A stretch of DNA of 63,264 bases, counting the filler. It is 13 parts of 13 records of this genome, joined end to end, with 100 filler letters (N's around TTAATTAATTAA, not from the genome) between each part and the next. Parts side by side here need not be neighbours in the genome. Positions count along the whole stretch, not along the records: positions 17,112 to 23,164 come from SRR11831586_1107; positions 23,265 to 28,097 come from SRR11831586_1114; positions 28,198 to 33,080 come from SRR11831586_1121; positions 33,181 to 38,979 come from SRR11831586_1141; 9 more parts are not named here. One strand, given 5' to 3'. Of the stretch, positions 21,665-36,526 are shown piece after piece. The position numbers and the translations under genes were made by a program. How positions within the stretch are numbered: the stretch's first letter is position 1; each line of letters starts with the position of its first letter. A model generated the notes under the pieces. The model saw only the letters and a list, made by a program, of their open reading frames with translations, did no database searches and had not been told where the DNA came from.

Positions 21665-23058
21665 CCTTGTGGGTCCTTACGCGTAATATTGACCGGAAGC
21701 CAGAGGGTGAACGTTGAGCCTTTTCCCTCCTGGCTTGCGACCTGAATTGTACCACCGTGTTGTTCAACAATATTATGCACGACCGCCAGCCCCAATCCGG
21801 TGCCTTCGGCTTTAGTGGTGAAGTACGGAGTGAAGATGGCATCAAGCTGATCTGCCGCAATTCCCTTACCGCTGTCGGTAACGCTGATTTTCACGCCCGC
21901 GCCGCTTTCGCTGGCCGTCACGCTAATCACGCCATGCTGACCAATCGCCTGAATAGCATTGAGATAGAGATTCAACAGGACCTGAGTCAGCCTGTCCGGG
22001 TCGGCCTGAATTTCCGGTAATGTGTCGTTGGCGGTAAAGCGTAACTGGATCTCCCGGCTGTTTGCATCCTGACTTACCAGCTGTAATGAGTGGTTAATCA
22101 GCGTGTTGAGATCCACCGCCTGCAAAGCCAGATGCGTTGGCTTAACCAGTTCCAGCAACTCGCTTACCACGCGGTTTAAACGGTCGGCCTCTTTCGCCAT
22201 CACCTGCGCCAGTTGATGCGCTTCTCCCCCTGCAGGCGCGCGCTCGGCAAAGTATTTCGCCAGTCCTTTAATCGAGGAAAGTGGGTTACGGATTTCGTGG
22301 GCAACGCCTGCCGCAAGATGCCCCAGCGCCACCAGCTTCTCTTTGCGCTTCATTTCATCTTGTAGAAGCTGGCGCGAGCGCAGATAGCGGCGATACCAGA
22401 AGAATGACAATACGCTTGCCAGCAAGACCGTCGCCAGGGCGAAGAGGATAATCAGGGTATTGCGCTTTTCCCCACTCTGGGTTGCAACCAGATCACTGGC
22501 ATCAACGGCGATAAAAATAGCCTGTTGTGCATCTACTTGTGGCACAGCTTTGCCGTTACAGCGCGGCATATTGTGCATTCCATGCCGCCAGGGCGCTGAC
22601 ATTGGCTGGAACAAACGATAGACCTCAAGTGCAGGCGTAGTTTCCGTTTTCCCAAGCAGCCGCCAGCGGGAGTTTTCCTCTGGCTTTAATTTCTGCATTT
22701 CATCCGGCGAATAGAGCGCACGCCCGACCTTATCGGGGTCGCTATGAAGAATAATGATGCCCTGCGCATCGGTGACTGCGAACCACAACACTCCCGGCTG
22801 TCCCGCCATCTCTTCCAGAAGCGCCTGTTGCTGTACATGGTGCATTCGCATCCCCATCCCTACGCGGCTTCCCGACTCCAGAGCGCGGATAAGCACATTA
22901 CCTTTTTCCAGTAATGCCTGGCGGTCTGCCTCGCTTGCCCGCCCATAATCACGAATCACAGTTACCGCAAACAATCCCACCAGCCCAACAATGACCACGG
23001 GGAGGATCGCGCTTAACCATTTAGCTAAGGAGTCTTTAGAACGTTGCATAAAACGCAT
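21661..23058 (-). CDS. zraS: Sensor histidine kinase ZraS
   Basis: Two TM segments; AHEIRNPL H-box; GTGLGL; overlaps the zraR start. Confidence 0.97.
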   Translation of the reverse strand: MRFMQRSKDSLAKWLSAILPVVIVGLVGLFAVTVIRDYGRASEADRQALLEKGNVLIRALESGSRVGMGMRMHHVQQQALLEEMAGQPGVLWFAVTDAQGIIILHSDPDKVGRALYSPDEMQKLKPEENSRWRLLGKTETTPALEVYRLFQPMSAPWRHGMHNMPRCNGKAVPQVDAQQAIFIAVDASDLVATQSGEKRNTLIILFALATVLLASVLSFFWYRRYLRSRQLLQDEMKRKEKLVALGHLAAGVAHEIRNPLSSIKGLAKYFAERAPAGGEAHQLAQVMAKEADRLNRVVSELLELVKPTHLALQAVDLNTLINHSLQLVSQDANSREIQLRFTANDTLPEIQADPDRLTQVLLNLYLNAIQAIGQHGVISVTASESGAGVKISVTDSGKGIAADQLDAIFTPYFTTKAEGTGLGLAVVHNIVEQHGGTIQVASQEGKGSTFTLWLPVNITRKDPQG

Positions 23059-23089
23059 CTTCTTCTTTGCCTGCTCATCCCTTTCTGAC

Positions 23090-23105
23090 AGCAGAAATCA
23101 TGCCA
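23090..23105 (-). promoter_or_regulatory. Sigma54 (-24/-12) promoter of zraSR
   Basis: Minus strand TGGCATGATTTCTGCT (GG-N10-GC), about 30 nt upstream of zraS. Confidence 0.8.
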
Positions 23106-23164
23106 TCTTTTATCAGCGCTTACCCTGCGCTGTAACACAAAGGCTTAAGTTTCAATGAGTAAAA

Positions 23165-23264
23165 NNNNNNNNNNNNNNNNNNNNNNNNNNNNNNNNNNNN
23201 NNNNNNNNTTAATTAATTAANNNNNNNNNNNNNNNNNNNNNNNNNNNNNNNNNNNNNNNNNNNN
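23165..23264. other. Artificial contig spacer (5/12)
   Basis: Same linker. Confidence 0.99.
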
Positions 23265-23282
23265 CTTGAGAGAACGTGGCAT
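23265..23282 (-). CDS. rpsS: 30S ribosomal protein S19, first 6 codons
   Basis: MPRSLK after an AGAGGA RBS, downstream of rplB. Confidence 0.85.
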
Positions 23283-23298
23283 GGCTTATCCTCTAAAA

Positions 23299-25693
<2,395 letters not shown>

Positions 25694-25713
25694 TCAATCG
25701 CTCAATGACCTGA

Positions 25714-26197
<484 letters not shown>

Positions 26198-26202
26198 CGC
26201 GC

Positions 26203-26230
26203 ATTATACATACTTAACCACCGAACGCAA
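26203..26230 (-). promoter_or_regulatory. S10 operon sigma70 promoter
   Basis: Minus strand TTGCGT-N16-TATAAT followed by GC-rich GCGCGGG. Confidence 0.85.
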
Positions 26231-26262
26231 GCGTATTGCTAGTAAAGTAAACAGCCTTCGGG

Positions 26263-26682
26263 TTATCTCTCAAGTTCGTTCAGTGCATTTTTGACACGCT
26301 CTCTTAAACCGGCTTTCTCTTCGCTTTCTTCCACAGTATTTTCTTCGTCTTCAGAAGAAGAGGGGGCATTCTCAACCGCGACGCCTGGGTCATCTTCCTC
26401 CTCGACGGATTCGACGACGGGGAGTGGCTGTTTTTTGAAGAAATAGTGTTGTGTTGATTGTTTAAAAGCGGGCGTTTCAGCCTCTACAGTGACTTCGGCT
26501 TTTACTATCCAAAGCACCCATAGCTGCCTGGCATACCCACCAACCAGCACCATTCCTGCAAACCACAGGCAAATCAGTAATAAACAAATTACATATATTA
26601 TGGTGCTGTGTTTTTGTCGGGAGAAGATACCAGGGTGACCTGTTTCTTTCTGCTCACGCGCGGCGATATAGAATTCAAACAT
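26263..26682 (-). CDS. gspB: Type II secretion accessory protein GspB (PioO)
   Basis: 139 aa; single TM and acidic tail; downstream of gspA and next to rpsJ. Confidence 0.9.
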   Translation of the reverse strand: MFEFYIAAREQKETGHPGIFSRQKHSTIIYVICLLLICLWFAGMVLVGGYARQLWVLWIVKAEVTVEAETPAFKQSTQHYFFKKQPLPVVESVEEEDDPGVAVENAPSSSEDEENTVEESEEKAGLRERVKNALNELER

Positions 26683-26683
26683 G

Positions 26684-28097
26684 TCATTTCCCCTTCACTG
26701 TTGTTTCCGGGGAAATATTTGCTTCATCCCGATATAAGTAGGCACTCTCCCCTGCCACCTGCCAGAGATGTACTAACGTTGAAAAGCCAACAACACCGTC
26801 AGTTTTCAAGTGGTGGCTTTTTTGAAATTGCTTTATTTTTTCTACCAACAAGGGACGCCACTCCGCCGAAGGTTCTGTCGAAATATGCAATGCGCGGTTT
26901 AACATCGTTTCCAGCCAGAGAATCTCTTCCTCGCTGCTATCACGCGTAATGGTACTCTCCCCTTCCGGCGACATTTTCCACAACAGAAGATAATCACCCG
27001 TCCATACCGACTCAAACCATTTATGTGTCAGCGTCCACGTTTGCTGACCTACGAGGACATCAACGCTAGCCTCACCGACGCGAACGACCACAACAGGCAA
27101 TTTTTTGTCCCCGACTTTAAGCGATGCGATCCAGGGCAAATTCTGATCTACCAATGTTTGTAAAGAAGCATTCCCACTTTTACATGCCAGCCCCGCTCTT
27201 ACTGCCTGATCGCACCAGGCCGAATCAGCTGGGACCTCGTACCCCCATACGCCGTATAACACGCTTAGCGCCTCACTATCGCGCATCACCACATGAGCAA
27301 TATCCTTAGTCATATCTTGTTTAACTACTGGCGTTACGGGTATCAGCCACGCAGGAACGGGTAACGTAGCTGTAAAAGAGGACAGCAGTAGCCAACCACA
27401 GGTAAGAGCGATAATGGTTCCACTCATCACCACGGCAAGCTGCATTTTCCGGGGGCGGTTATCACCCAATATGCGGTAAATCATTCGCCATTGTTTTGCT
27501 GTGAAAACGCTGGTCTGCTCGGCTTGCTGTAATAAGCGAATTGTTTCGCCGGCAAGCGCCAGCTTTCTGCGATCGCCCCGACATAATAAAGCTATCCGTT
27601 TCAGAACTCTGGCGGTTAAAAGGAGATCGGGTTGGTCAATATTCTGACCTTCAAGGATGCTTGCCTTAAGTTCGTGCTCCGTCAGACGTCCTATCGAGAC
27701 AAGTTCAATGCCCTGTTTTTTAAAATCACGTTCGACTTTTCGATCGGGTCTGCCGATCAGCAAAAATTGACCGTCAGGAATAAGAGATATTGCGCGTTGG
27801 AGATCATCAAGTATGCGGCGGTGATTCAGGTGAGCATTTTCAATAATAATAAGAGGGCAGCGACTATCAGTTCGATGAAGCGCATGCAGTAATTGCCCCG
27901 CCATCTCATCTCGCGTCCAGGCGCTGTCACGGCAGCCCTGTTCAGCCGCGTTATCGTCGGTAACGATCCATGCGGCCTTACCTTGCCAGGAAACAACGAG
28001 GCTTAAAGTAATCACACGGCGATGTTTATCTTTTTGCAGTTGCTGCGCCAGCCAGGTTTTTCCACTTCCAGCCTCACCCAACAAATAGCATAGACGC
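26684..28097 (-). CDS. gspA: Type II secretion protein GspA (5' truncated)
   Basis: Walker A GEAGSGKT, TM, C-terminal peptidoglycan-binding domain (FQKSHHLKTDGVVG). Confidence 0.93.
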
Positions 28098-28197
28098 NNN
28101 NNNNNNNNNNNNNNNNNNNNNNNNNNNNNNNNNNNNNNNNNTTAATTAATTAANNNNNNNNNNNNNNNNNNNNNNNNNNNNNNNNNNNNNNNNNNNN
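28098..28197. other. Artificial contig spacer (6/12)
   Basis: Same linker. Confidence 0.99.
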
Positions 28198-28585
28198 CCC
28201 CCAGATGCTGCCCCAGCAGATCCAGCATTGCCGCTTCTATCCCGGTAACTACATGAATAGTGGTACGTAGGTCAAATGTCTGCAAACCGCGCCCACCAGC
28301 ATCACGATCGGCAAAAGTATTACGCACCAGCGTCAGAACGTTTTTGTATTCACCCAGCGTTTTACCTACCACCAGCGGAATCGCATCTTCCAGCGTTTTA
28401 CGGATTTTCTCGCCGCCGGGAATTTCCCCTACGCCAGTGTGACCAGAATTATCTTTGATAATCACAATATTACGCGTAAAGAACGGTGCGTGTGCACCAC
28501 TCAGATTCATCAGCATACTGTCATGACCCGCCACCGGGATAACCTGCATTTCAGTAACAACAGGCGTCGTAAATTGAGAACTCAT
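28198..28585 (-). CDS. gudD: D-glucarate dehydratase (5' part)
   Basis: [32 protein letters not shown]. Confidence 0.96.
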
Positions 28586-28605
28586 ATTTATGTCCTTTTT
28601 CAGAA

Positions 28606-29946
28606 TCAATGACGGCCGAAAACGGGACGTTTACGGTCAAAGGTCCAGCCGGGGATCAGGTACTGCATCGGACCTGCGTCGTTACGCGCACCGCCAGGCA
28701 GACGTTTATAGGCCTCATGTGCCTTTTGTACCTGTTCCCAGTCCAGTTCCACGCCCAGACCGGGCGCATCAGGAACGGCAATTTTTCCGTTTTTAATCTC
28801 CAGCGGATTTTGGGTCAGGCGACAATCGCCCTCCTGCCAAATCCAGTGGGTATCGATAGCGGTAGGATTACCCGGTGCCGCCGCGCCCACATGGGTAAAC
28901 ATCGCCAGAGAGATATCGAAATGGTTATTAGAATGGCAGCCCCAGGTCAGCCCCCAGTCGTCGCAAAGCTGCGCCACACGGACTGCACCGGAAAGCGTCC
29001 AGAAGTGCGGATCGGCAAGTGGAATATCTACCGCATTGAGCATCACCGCATGACCCATTTCGCGCCAGTTGGTGGCGATCATGTTAGTCGCGACGGGCAA
29101 GCCGGTCGCCCGTCGAAATTCCGCCATCACTTCACGTCCGGAGAAGCCCTGTTCTGCGCCGCATGGATCTTCGGCATAGGTAAGAACATCATTCAGCCCT
29201 TTGCATAAAGAAATGGCTTCATCAAGCAGCCATGCACCGTTGGGATCAACGGTAATCCGCGCATCCGGGAAGCGTTTCTTCAATGCACGAACAGTGTCGA
29301 TTTCTTGCTCGCCAGGTAACACGCCGCCCTTAAGTTTGAAATCTTTAAAGCCGTAGCGATCCTGTGAGGCTTCCGCCAGACGCACAACGGCTTCGCTGTT
29401 CATTGCTTTCTGATGCCGCAACTGATACCACTCATGGTTGCCCGGCGTATTTTCCACATAAGGAAGATCGGTTTTGGTCCGATCACCGATATAAAACAGA
29501 TAACCGAGGACGGTAATAGCCTCGCGTTGCTTGCCTGGCCCTAACAGTTCGCAGACCGGAACATTCAGCGCCTTACCTAGCAGGTCAAGCAAAGCGGCTT
29601 CCAGCGCCGCCACGGCGTTAACGCGTAATTCAAAGGTCCAGGCACCTTTACCGAAGGTATCAAAATCGGCGGCCTGATTACCTTTATGCACCTGCTGGAC
29701 CACTTTATTCAGTCGCGCAACTTCCTGGCCCAGAACCATCGGAATAGCATCGACAAGCGTCTGATAAATCACATCTCCGCCCGGCGCTTCACCAATGCCG
29801 GTATGCCCGGCGTTATCGGTGAGTACCACAATATTGCGGGTGAAATATGCGTTATGTGCCCCACCAATATTAAGCAACATGCTGTCATGCCCGGCCACCG
29901 GAATGACTTTCATATCAGTAATAACAGGACTGGATTGTGTCGCCAT
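28606..29946 (-). CDS. gudX: Glucarate dehydratase-related protein
   Basis: 446 aa from MATQSSP; enolase-superfamily paralog of gudD (DFKLKGG, YAEDP, GCHSNNH). Confidence 0.96.
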   Translation of the reverse strand: MATQSSPVITDMKVIPVAGHDSMLLNIGGAHNAYFTRNIVVLTDNAGHTGIGEAPGGDVIYQTLVDAIPMVLGQEVARLNKVVQQVHKGNQAADFDTFGKGAWTFELRVNAVAALEAALLDLLGKALNVPVCELLGPGKQREAITVLGYLFYIGDRTKTDLPYVENTPGNHEWYQLRHQKAMNSEAVVRLAEASQDRYGFKDFKLKGGVLPGEQEIDTVRALKKRFPDARITVDPNGAWLLDEAISLCKGLNDVLTYAEDPCGAEQGFSGREVMAEFRRATGLPVATNMIATNWREMGHAVMLNAVDIPLADPHFWTLSGAVRVAQLCDDWGLTWGCHSNNHFDISLAMFTHVGAAAPGNPTAIDTHWIWQEGDCRLTQNPLEIKNGKIAVPDAPGLGVELDWEQVQKAHEAYKRLPGGARNDAGPMQYLIPGWTFDRKRPVFGRH

Positions 29947-29947
29947 C

Positions 29948-31300
29948 TTATTGCCCCGCAACAGGTTTCAACTCGATACGCTTGATATCGCCCACCAGCA
30001 CCAGGTAGCTCAGTACCGCGATTAAGGCATGAACACCAACATAAATCAGCGCCCCATTAAACGAGCCAGTCGTGCCAACGATATAACCAATTGCGATTGG
30101 CGTGACGATGCCAGAAATGTTACCGAACATGTTGAACAGGCCACCGGAAAGACCGCTGATCTCTTTTGGCGCGGTATCTGCCATTACTGCCCAACCCAGC
30201 GCCCCGATGCCCTTACCGAAGAAGGCCAGCGCCATAAAGCCGATGATCATCCACTCAACGTTGACGTAGTTGCAGAACACCATCACCATCGACAGCAACA
30301 TGCCCATTACGATCGGTGTTTTACGCGCAATGTTCAGCGATCCCGTGCGGCGCATCAGCCAGTCGGAAATAATCCCACCCAGCACACCGCCGATAAAACC
30401 GCAAACCGCCGGAACGGAAGCCACAAAGCCCGCTTTCAGAATCGACATCCCGCGTGCCTGCACCAGATAAACCGGGAACCAGGTAATAAAGAAGTAAGTC
30501 AGGGCGTTGATACAGTACTGACCGATATAAACGCCGATCATCATCCGTGACCCTAGCAGCTGTTTGATCTGCCCCCACTTCACGCTGAACGGCACTTTAA
30601 CTTTGGTGTTTTGCTGATCCATATTGATCAGCGCACCACCCGCGGCGATGTACTCCAGCTCTTTCTTATTTACCCCCGGATGTTGATTTGGCTCGTGGAT
30701 GACTTTCAACCAGATAAAGCTGATGACAATCCCCAGACCGCCCATAAAGAAGAAGACGTGTGACCAGCCCACTTCATGCGTCAGCCAGCCCATAATCGGC
30801 GCGAAGATCACCGTTGCGAAGTATTGAGCGGAGTTAAAAATCGACACCGCCGTTCCCCTTTCCTGCGCCGGAAACCAGGCCGCAACAATGCGACTGTTGC
30901 CGGGGAAAGATGGCGCTTCAGCAAGCCCGACCAGGAAGCGCAGCGTAAACAGGGCAACGATAATGCCGAATCCACTAAAGATATCGACGAAGCCTTGCAG
31001 CAAGGTAAACATCGACCAGATAAAGATCGACCAGAAGTAGACGCGTTTTGAACCAAAACGGTCCAGCAACCAGCCACCAGGGATCTGCCCGATAACATAA
31101 GCCCATGAGAAAGCAGAGAACACATAGCCCATTCCCACGGGATCAAGGCCGATATCTTTGGCCATTTCCGAACCGGCGATAGAGAGCGTAGCGCGGTCGC
31201 CGTAGTTGAAGGATGTGACGATAAACAACATCACCACTATCCAGTAACGAGCATTTGTGCGTTTTTCCACACTGCTCGCAGCCTGACTTAAAGAACTCAT
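29948..31300 (-). CDS. gudP: Glucarate/galactarate MFS transporter
   Basis: 450 aa ACS-type MFS ([17 protein letters not shown]); first gene of gudPXD. Confidence 0.96.
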   Translation of the reverse strand: MSSLSQAASSVEKRTNARYWIVVMLFIVTSFNYGDRATLSIAGSEMAKDIGLDPVGMGYVFSAFSWAYVIGQIPGGWLLDRFGSKRVYFWSIFIWSMFTLLQGFVDIFSGFGIIVALFTLRFLVGLAEAPSFPGNSRIVAAWFPAQERGTAVSIFNSAQYFATVIFAPIMGWLTHEVGWSHVFFFMGGLGIVISFIWLKVIHEPNQHPGVNKKELEYIAAGGALINMDQQNTKVKVPFSVKWGQIKQLLGSRMMIGVYIGQYCINALTYFFITWFPVYLVQARGMSILKAGFVASVPAVCGFIGGVLGGIISDWLMRRTGSLNIARKTPIVMGMLLSMVMVFCNYVNVEWMIIGFMALAFFGKGIGALGWAVMADTAPKEISGLSGGLFNMFGNISGIVTPIAIGYIVGTTGSFNGALIYVGVHALIAVLSYLVLVGDIKRIELKPVAGQ

Positions 31301-31734
31301 TGTTGCACTCCTGAAAATTCGCGTTAGCCACGCTCACTCTGGACTGCGACATCGCCAGGAAATCAGAGGTGACGTAGGGTGTTTTTTGCCGTTTTTATAG
31401 GTCGTTCGCCGAATACGGCGCGTGTTTATATCTGGCAATAGCAGTATAAAAAGCGCGCCATAGCGGCTCACCGTGCAACAACACAACATTAATGCGTTCA
31501 ATGAGGCCCGATTTTGGCATTAGCCCTGGACGGTGGAATCCACTTCACGGAAATGAAAACAAGAACAAGAAAGGAAGGGTTAAAACGAAGAAATAAAGAA
31601 GAGTATGAAATGGATCGCTTGACTCCAGGCAAACGCCAGTAAAAATCCGCGCTATGAAGCAGTTTTTACTGGCATTTGCCTGAAAAGATTCGATTCAGCA
31701 CCGCTAAAACGACATTTACCGCTCGCTGAACATA

Positions 31735-32184
31735 TCAGGACAACAGCGTGCCCCACTGTTCGACCCACGGATTTGATTCCGTTTCCGGTTCCGGGTTCTC
31801 ACTGGCGTCAATCAACAGCATTTCGCCAACCCGCTGAGCGCTCTGTTCCTGCAACAAGGCATCGAACTGTTTGCCGCCATTGCAGAAATTCACATAACTA
31901 CTGTCGCCGAGCGCAATCACGCCATAACGCAGATTCGGCTGGAAGCCCAGACTATCTTTGATTCCCTGAAAGAGTGGCACAATGCTATCAGGAAGGTCGC
32001 CCTGCCCGGTCGTGGACGTAACCACCAGAACATACTTATCCTGATAGGGCAGCCAGTCGCTTAATTCAGGATCTTCAAATACCGTTGCTTTGTGGCCCTG
32101 CGCGGTCAGAATCGCTTCCGCTTCTTCGGCCACTAACAGTGAATTCCCGTACATGGTGCCGACAAAAATACCAATTTCCGCCAT
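31735..32184 (-). CDS. yqcA: Flavodoxin YqcA
   Basis: GTMYGNS, STTGQGD and LGDSSY FMN-binding motifs. Confidence 0.95.
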
Positions 32185-32201
32185 ACCGTTTTCTCCCTGG
32201 A

Positions 32202-32984
32202 TTAGGAACTTATCTCTCCATCCTGACCCGATGGCGCACTGAACTCAACCCTTTCATTTTCAGGAAGCAGACCGCGCCAGCCAAATTGTGATAACGCCTG
32301 CATCCAGGTGTCGTCCAGGCCCGCGTGAATAGTCAGCGGCTCGCCAGTAAAAGGATGCGTCAATGACAACTGACTGGCATGTAGCATTAACCGCTGGAGG
32401 CCAAAATGCTCAGCACCGCTGCGATTCTGGCGTAAATCGCCATGTTTGCTATCGCCAATAATCGGATGACGCAAATGGGCAAGATGTCGGCGAAGCTGAT
32501 GTTTGCGTCCGGTTTTCGGCTCCAGTTCCACCAGGCCGTAGCGCGTGGTCGGGTAACGTCCGGTCGCTACCGGCATTTCTACGGTCGCCAGACCGCGATA
32601 ATGCGTCACTGCTGGCTGCGGGCCTTTATCTTCGCGGGCAAATTTATCAGCGATTTTGTCCAGTTCTTCCACCAGTGGATAATCCAGCACCGCTTCTTCC
32701 ATCAACCAGCCGCGCACAATCGCATGGTAACGTTTCTGGATTTGGTGCTGTTCAAACTGTTGTGCCAGCAGCCGTCCGGCCTCGCTGGATAATCCCATCA
32801 ACAACACACCAGAAGTGGGTCGGTCCAGACGATGAGCAGTAAAAACATGCTGGCCTATCTGGTCACGCACGGTTTGCATGACCACTACTTTCTCGTCGCG
32901 ATCCAGCCAGCTGCGGTGAACCAGCCAGCCGGAGGGTTTATTTACCGCAACCAGCCATTCATCCTGATAGAGTATTTCCAGCAT
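32202..32984 (-). CDS. truC: tRNA pseudouridine(65) synthase
   Basis: [22 protein letters not shown]. Confidence 0.97.
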
Positions 32985-33080
32985 TAGCTCGCATCATCCG
33001 CAAAAAGAGCATCCAGTTTTTCCAGCTCAGCCAGAATAAGCGCGCGTTGCGGATGGTCCGTCGCCAGCGCCATTTCATAA
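32984..33080 (-). CDS. yqcC: YqcC, C-terminal fragment
   Basis: YEMALATDHPQRALILAELEKLDALFADDAS*; stop overlaps the truC ATG. Confidence 0.85.
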
Positions 33081-33180
33081 NNNNNNNNNNNNNNNNNNNN
33101 NNNNNNNNNNNNNNNNNNNNNNNNTTAATTAATTAANNNNNNNNNNNNNNNNNNNNNNNNNNNNNNNNNNNNNNNNNNNN
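33081..33180. other. Artificial contig spacer (7/12)
   Basis: Same linker. Confidence 0.99.
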
Positions 33181-33339
<159 letters not shown>

Positions 33340-33377
33340 TAACTTGTTAACAACAAAAATGACAAACAAGGTTAAAC

Positions 33378-34556
33378 ATGCCTTCGTCCACGCATCCCGT
33401 AGAACGCTTTTCTTTCAGCACCGCGCTTTTCGGGATGCTGGTTCTGACCTTAGGTATGGGTTTAGGCCGCTTCCTTTATACGCCTATGTTGCCCGTCATG
33501 ATGGCGGAAGGATCGTTTTCATTTAGCCAGCTCTCGTGGATTGCCAGCGGCAACTATGCGGGGTATCTGGCTGGCAGTCTGCTATTTTCTTTTGGCGCAT
33601 TTCACCAGCCATCGCGCCTGCGCCCATTTCTGTTGGCTTCTGCCCTGGCGAGCGGGTTGTTGATCCTCGCAATGGCATGGTTGCCGCCATTTATTCTGGT
33701 GTTATTGATTCGCGTCCTGGCGGGTGTCGCCAGCGCCGGTATGCTGATTTTTGGTTCGACGCTGATTATGCAGCACACGCGCCATCCTTTTGTGCTGGCA
33801 GCTTTGTTTTCTGGCGTTGGCATTGGCATCGCACTGGGCAATGAATATGTTCTGGCAGGCCTGCATTTTGACCTCTCCTCGCAAACGTTATGGCAAGGCG
33901 CCGGGGCGCTTTCTGGCATGATGCTGATTGCACTTACGCTTTTAATGCCCTCGAAAAAACACGCCATCACACCAATGCCATTGGCAAAAACGGAGCAACA
34001 GATAATGAGCTGGTGGTTACTGGCTATTCTGTACGGCCTGGCGGGATTTGGTTATATCATCGTCGCGACTTACCTGCCGCTCATGGCGAAAGATGCAGGC
34101 TCACCATTGTTAACCGCCCATCTCTGGACGTTAGTCGGCTTATCAATTGTGCCTGGTTGCTTTGGCTGGCTATGGGCAGCAAAACGTTGGGGGGCTTTGC
34201 CCTGCCTGACGGCGAATTTGCTGGTGCAGGCTATCTGTGTGCTGCTTACTCTCGCCAGCGACTCGCCTCTCTTGCTTATCATCAGCAGTCTTGGTTTTGG
34301 CGGTACCTTTATGGGCACGACATCTCTGGTGATGACTATCGCCCGCCAACTGAGCGTACCGGGAAATCTCAATCTTTTAGGCTTTGTGACGCTCATTTAC
34401 GGCATTGGGCAAATCCTCGGCCCGGCGCTGACCAGTATGCTCAGCAATGGAACATCGGCGCTTGCCAGCGCCACTCTCTGCGGCGCGGCGGCGTTGTTTA
34501 TTGCTGCGCTTATCAGCACAGTGCAATTATTTAAGCTACAAGTGGTCACTTCATGA
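33378..34556 (+). CDS. yjiJ: YbfB/YjiJ family MFS transporter
   Basis: 392 aa; [13 protein letters not shown] and NYAGYLAG motifs. Confidence 0.93.
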
Positions 34557-34568
34557 GGGAAGTTTCCC

Positions 34569-35123
34569 TTACCACTCAAGAAACTCAACCGCAACCGTTG
34601 ATGTCAGCCAGACCCCGTTTTCCGCTTGCCAGAAAGGGAGGCCTCGTTTCGCCATTTCCTGTGCTTTGACGGTTAAAATAACCGGCGATCCGTGTCTTGC
34701 TCCCACTTTGCGTGCCGTTGCTTCATCAGCAGAGAGATGTACGTAGTGACGCTCACCTGCAATCAGCCCCTGTTTTTTTATCTCGTCAAGGAAACGGCTT
34801 GCCGTACCGTGGTAGAGAAACTGTGGCGGTGTTTTTTCGGCAAAGGAAATAGCGACCTGCGAAGTCGAATGCCCCTGAACCGCGCGGATGCACCTACCAT
34901 CACTGGAATAACTAAAACGCTTTTTATCGCTGGTGGCAACCACAGTATCCAGCAATGCACGGGTTAACCGCTTGCCCGCTTTTTGGGCACAAAGTATGAG
35001 CTTATCGATATCCGCCCATCCTTCACGGTCCAGTACGATACCAATCGCCTCCGGTTTGTGTCGGAGGACAAAACTTAAAAACTTGCTCGTATCCGCCAGC
35101 TCTTTTTCGTTGTACTTTGCCAT
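34569..35123 (-). CDS. kptA: RNA 2'-phosphotransferase (Tpt1/KptA)
   Basis: [23 protein letters not shown] and RHYVHLS motifs; ATG 35123. Confidence 0.96.
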   Translation of the reverse strand: MAKYNEKELADTSKFLSFVLRHKPEAIGIVLDREGWADIDKLILCAQKAGKRLTRALLDTVVATSDKKRFSYSSDGRCIRAVQGHSTSQVAISFAEKTPPQFLYHGTASRFLDEIKKQGLIAGERHYVHLSADEATARKVGARHGSPVILTVKAQEMAKRGLPFWQAENGVWLTSTVAVEFLEW

Positions 35124-35372
35124 CTCGTTTTCGTCCCTGGATTTTCTGTTTTTATTTACTGATGTCATTGTCACTTGGTTTATGAATTTTCTGCAACTCA
35201 ATCCTGCGCAGAGCCTTTTCCACACAGCGTAATTTTTCCGCTATGCAAAAAACGCATAGCCAGAAACATACTTGCATTTTCCCCATACCCACATGGCTGA
35301 TAAGGTTTTTCAGTTCCAGGAATTTTCCTGGCTCAAGCAACACACAAACACAAAAAAACAATGGGGATTGTT

Positions 35373-36056
35373 ATGACACAACAAGGGGATGCTGTAGCCG
35401 GGGAGCTGGCGACAGAAAAAGTGGGCATTAAAGGGTATCTGGCCTTTTTTCTCACCATAATCTTTTTTTCCGGTGTTTTTTCCGGAACAGACAGCTGGTG
35501 GCGCGTTTTTGATTTTTCCGTTCTGAACGGATCGTTTGGGCAACTGCCTGGTGCGAACGGAGCCACCACCTCATTTCGCGGCGCGGGTGGCGCGGGGGCT
35601 AAAGATGGCTTTCTCTTTGCGCTGGAGCTGGCACCGTCAGTCATTCTCTCTCTGGGGATTATTTCAATTACCGATGGTCTTGGTGGATTACGCGCCGCGC
35701 AGCAGTTAATGACACCTGTGCTAAAACCGTTGTTGGGCATTCCAGGGATCTGCTCGCTGGCGCTGATCGCTAACCTGCAAAACACCGATGCCGCCGCCGG
35801 TATGACCAAAGAGCTGGCGCAGGAAGGTGAAATTACCGAACGCGATAAAGTGATTTTCGCCGCATATCAAACCAGCGGTAGCGCCATCATCACCAACTAC
35901 TTCTCTTCCGGCGTCGCGGTGTTTGCCTTTCTGGGCACGTCCGTAATCGTACCTTTAGCCGTCATCCTGGTGTTTAAATTTGTCGGAGCCAACATTTTGC
36001 GCGTCTGGCTTAACTTCGAAGAACGTCGCAACCCAACGCAAGGAGCGCAAGCATGA
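35373..36056 (+). CDS. yjiH: Gate/nucleoside-recognition domain membrane protein YjiH
   Basis: Hydrophobic 227 aa (alternative ATG at 35361); operon yjiH-yjiG-iadA. Confidence 0.92.
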   Translation: MTQQGDAVAGELATEKVGIKGYLAFFLTIIFFSGVFSGTDSWWRVFDFSVLNGSFGQLPGANGATTSFRGAGGAGAKDGFLFALELAPSVILSLGIISITDGLGGLRAAQQLMTPVLKPLLGIPGICSLALIANLQNTDAAAGMTKELAQEGEITERDKVIFAAYQTSGSAIITNYFSSGVAVFAFLGTSVIVPLAVILVFKFVGANILRVWLNFEERRNPTQGAQA

Positions 36057-36514
36057 CAACTCAGGTCCGCAAAAACGTCATGGATATGTTTATCGATGGC
36101 GCGCGCCGTGGCTTTACTATCGCCACGACCAACCTGCTGCCAAACGTGGTGATGGCGTTTGTCATCATTCAGGCGCTGAAAATTACCGGCCTGCTCGACT
36201 GGGTGGGGCATATCTGTGAACCCGTAATGGCGCTGTGGGGATTACCCGGTGAAGCGGCAACCGTCCTTTTAGCCGCATTAATGAGTATGGGTGGCGCAGT
36301 CGGTGTTGCCGCCAGTCTGGCAACCGCTGGCGCATTAACCGGTCACGATGTCACCGTTTTACTGCCCGCGATGTATTTAATGGGCAACCCGGTGCAAAAT
36401 GTCGGTCGCTGCCTGGGGACAGCCGAAGTGAATGCCAAATATTACCCGCATATCATTACGGTCTGCGTGATTAACGCATTGCTGTCGATCTGGGTTATGC
36501 AGCTTATTGTTTAA
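36053..36514 (+). CDS. yjiG: SpmB-like membrane protein YjiG
   Basis: 153 aa; FIDGARRG; overlaps the yjiH stop. Confidence 0.92.
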   Translation: MTTQVRKNVMDMFIDGARRGFTIATTNLLPNVVMAFVIIQALKITGLLDWVGHICEPVMALWGLPGEAATVLLAALMSMGGAVGVAASLATAGALTGHDVTVLLPAMYLMGNPVQNVGRCLGTAEVNAKYYPHIITVCVINALLSIWVMQLIV

Positions 36515-36526
36515 CAAGGAGTTACC

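Noticed and set aside
31301..31734. CsrB or another sRNA between gudP and yqcA
   Set aside because: No array of GGA hairpins here; csrB lies beyond yqcC, outside this contig.
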